The notes beneath the pieces were generated by a model. The model searched no databases and had not been told where the DNA came from. It was given only the letters and a program-made list of their open reading frames with translations. The position numbers and the translations under genes were made by a program. From a virus (Duplodnaviria; Caudoviricetes), in IMG/VR virus record IMGVR_UViG_3300046008_001462, positions 1 to 45,789 of that record: 45,789 bases of DNA, one strand, 5' to 3'. Position 1 is the first letter of the stretch, and the number at the start of each line of letters is the position of its first letter. Positions 45,052 through 45,789 of this stretch are shown here, in pieces.

Positions 45052-45789
45052 TCACACAAACATCTGCTGCAACAACCCAGCTTTATACTGCTTCATCGCG
45101 TCCCACTGGGTTTGATTGTGGTTTATTTTGTCATCAATCGCCGTGAGGAAATTCGCTATTTTGGTTTGTTCTGGTAGTGATGGGAAAGGAACAGGTAAAT
45201 TTAAAAAATCATCATTTGTTATATTTAATCGGTCATGTCTCGCGCCACTATTCGCAACGCTTTTCATGTAATCGTGCCAATGTGTTGTTTCAAAATACTG
45301 TTCAAAAAAAGACAAACTACCATTTTTAAATCTGAAGACTGTGTATAACGGTGACATCACGCCTTTAACAAGATTGTTTCTTTTAAGCGAACCCACCAAC
45401 GCATGATTTGAAATTCTTGGGTTATAAACAAAATCATCTATTTCGACGACGTAATAACCACCCAAATTATTTTGATTCGCAATATCTCTATCGAAATAAT
45501 CAGCCTGATTAACAATGCCTTGAGTTGCAGAATTAGTTAAAACGTTGGTAATGGAGCAATCTTTGTTTTTCGCATTAACTTTGAATGCTACTTTTTCCAA
45601 TTCAATAAAATCCCACTCCGCAAACTCCCGCCCGTCATCATCTTTAAAACGTAACTGCTGACTAAAAATCTGCTGCATCACCCCTTTTTTGTAATCGGTG
45701 AGTAACTGCGCGGTTTGTGAGAGTTGGGCTATTTTTTCATCAATGGCGGTGAGGAAGTTGGCGATTTTGGTTTGTTCTGGGAGGGTTGG
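45052..45789 (-). CDS. hsdS: Type I RM specificity subunit HsdS (5' end outside window)
   Basis: Frame is open to the window edge. Duplicated conserved region P.LPEQTKIANFLTAID.KI; KKGVMQQIFSQ.LRFKD and GLLQQMFV. Confidence 0.95.
   Translation of the reverse strand, partial: PTLPEQTKIANFLTAIDEKIAQLSQTAQLLTDYKKGVMQQIFSQQLRFKDDDGREFAEWDFIELEKVAFKVNAKNKDCSITNVLTNSATQGIVNQADYFDRDIANQNNLGGYYVVEIDDFVYNPRISNHALVGSLKRNNLVKGVMSPLYTVFRFKNGSLSFFEQYFETTHWHDYMKSVANSGARHDRLNITNDDFLNLPVPFPSLPEQTKIANFLTAIDDKINHNQTQWDAMKQYKAGLLQQMFV

Noticed and set aside
45130-45789. Direct repeat within the right hsdS as a shufflon
   Set aside because: It is the normal duplicated conserved region of HsdS; no invertase or silent hsdS copy is visible.

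Overview
The window is dominated by an apparently intact late (virion) gene cluster of a temperate, non-contractile-tailed phage (~6.4-39.0 kb, + strand). In order it encodes a Mor/C-family activator, holin, endolysin, ParB-fused DNA methylase, terminases, Mu-like portal, a MuF protein fused to an ADP-ribosyltransferase toxin, protease/scaffold, lambda-like decoration and capsid proteins, tail tube, tape measure and tail-tip/fibre genes. No repressor, replication, transposase or integrase gene is visible in the window. The cluster ends at a 3' tRNA-Lys(UUU) fragment (40047-40092) flanked by IHF-like and arm-like sites, which looks like a junction between two tandemly integrated elements. Defence cargo is dense: a Type I RM system at each end (both cut by the window edges), an unnamed three-gene PD-(D/E)XK operon, a large nuclease-tailed moron, RnlAB, MqsRA and a HEPN gene inside the right RM locus. 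The most unusual signals are four in-frame perfect palindromes inside the portal gene, a five-gene cassette between terS and terL in which two proteins share an identical synonymously recoded 21-aa N-terminus, a 35-bp motif shared by the two putative late promoters, an antitoxin-like tail on HsdS, and a perfect 32-bp palindrome in the right-hand element. All family calls come from motif recognition; no database search was run.
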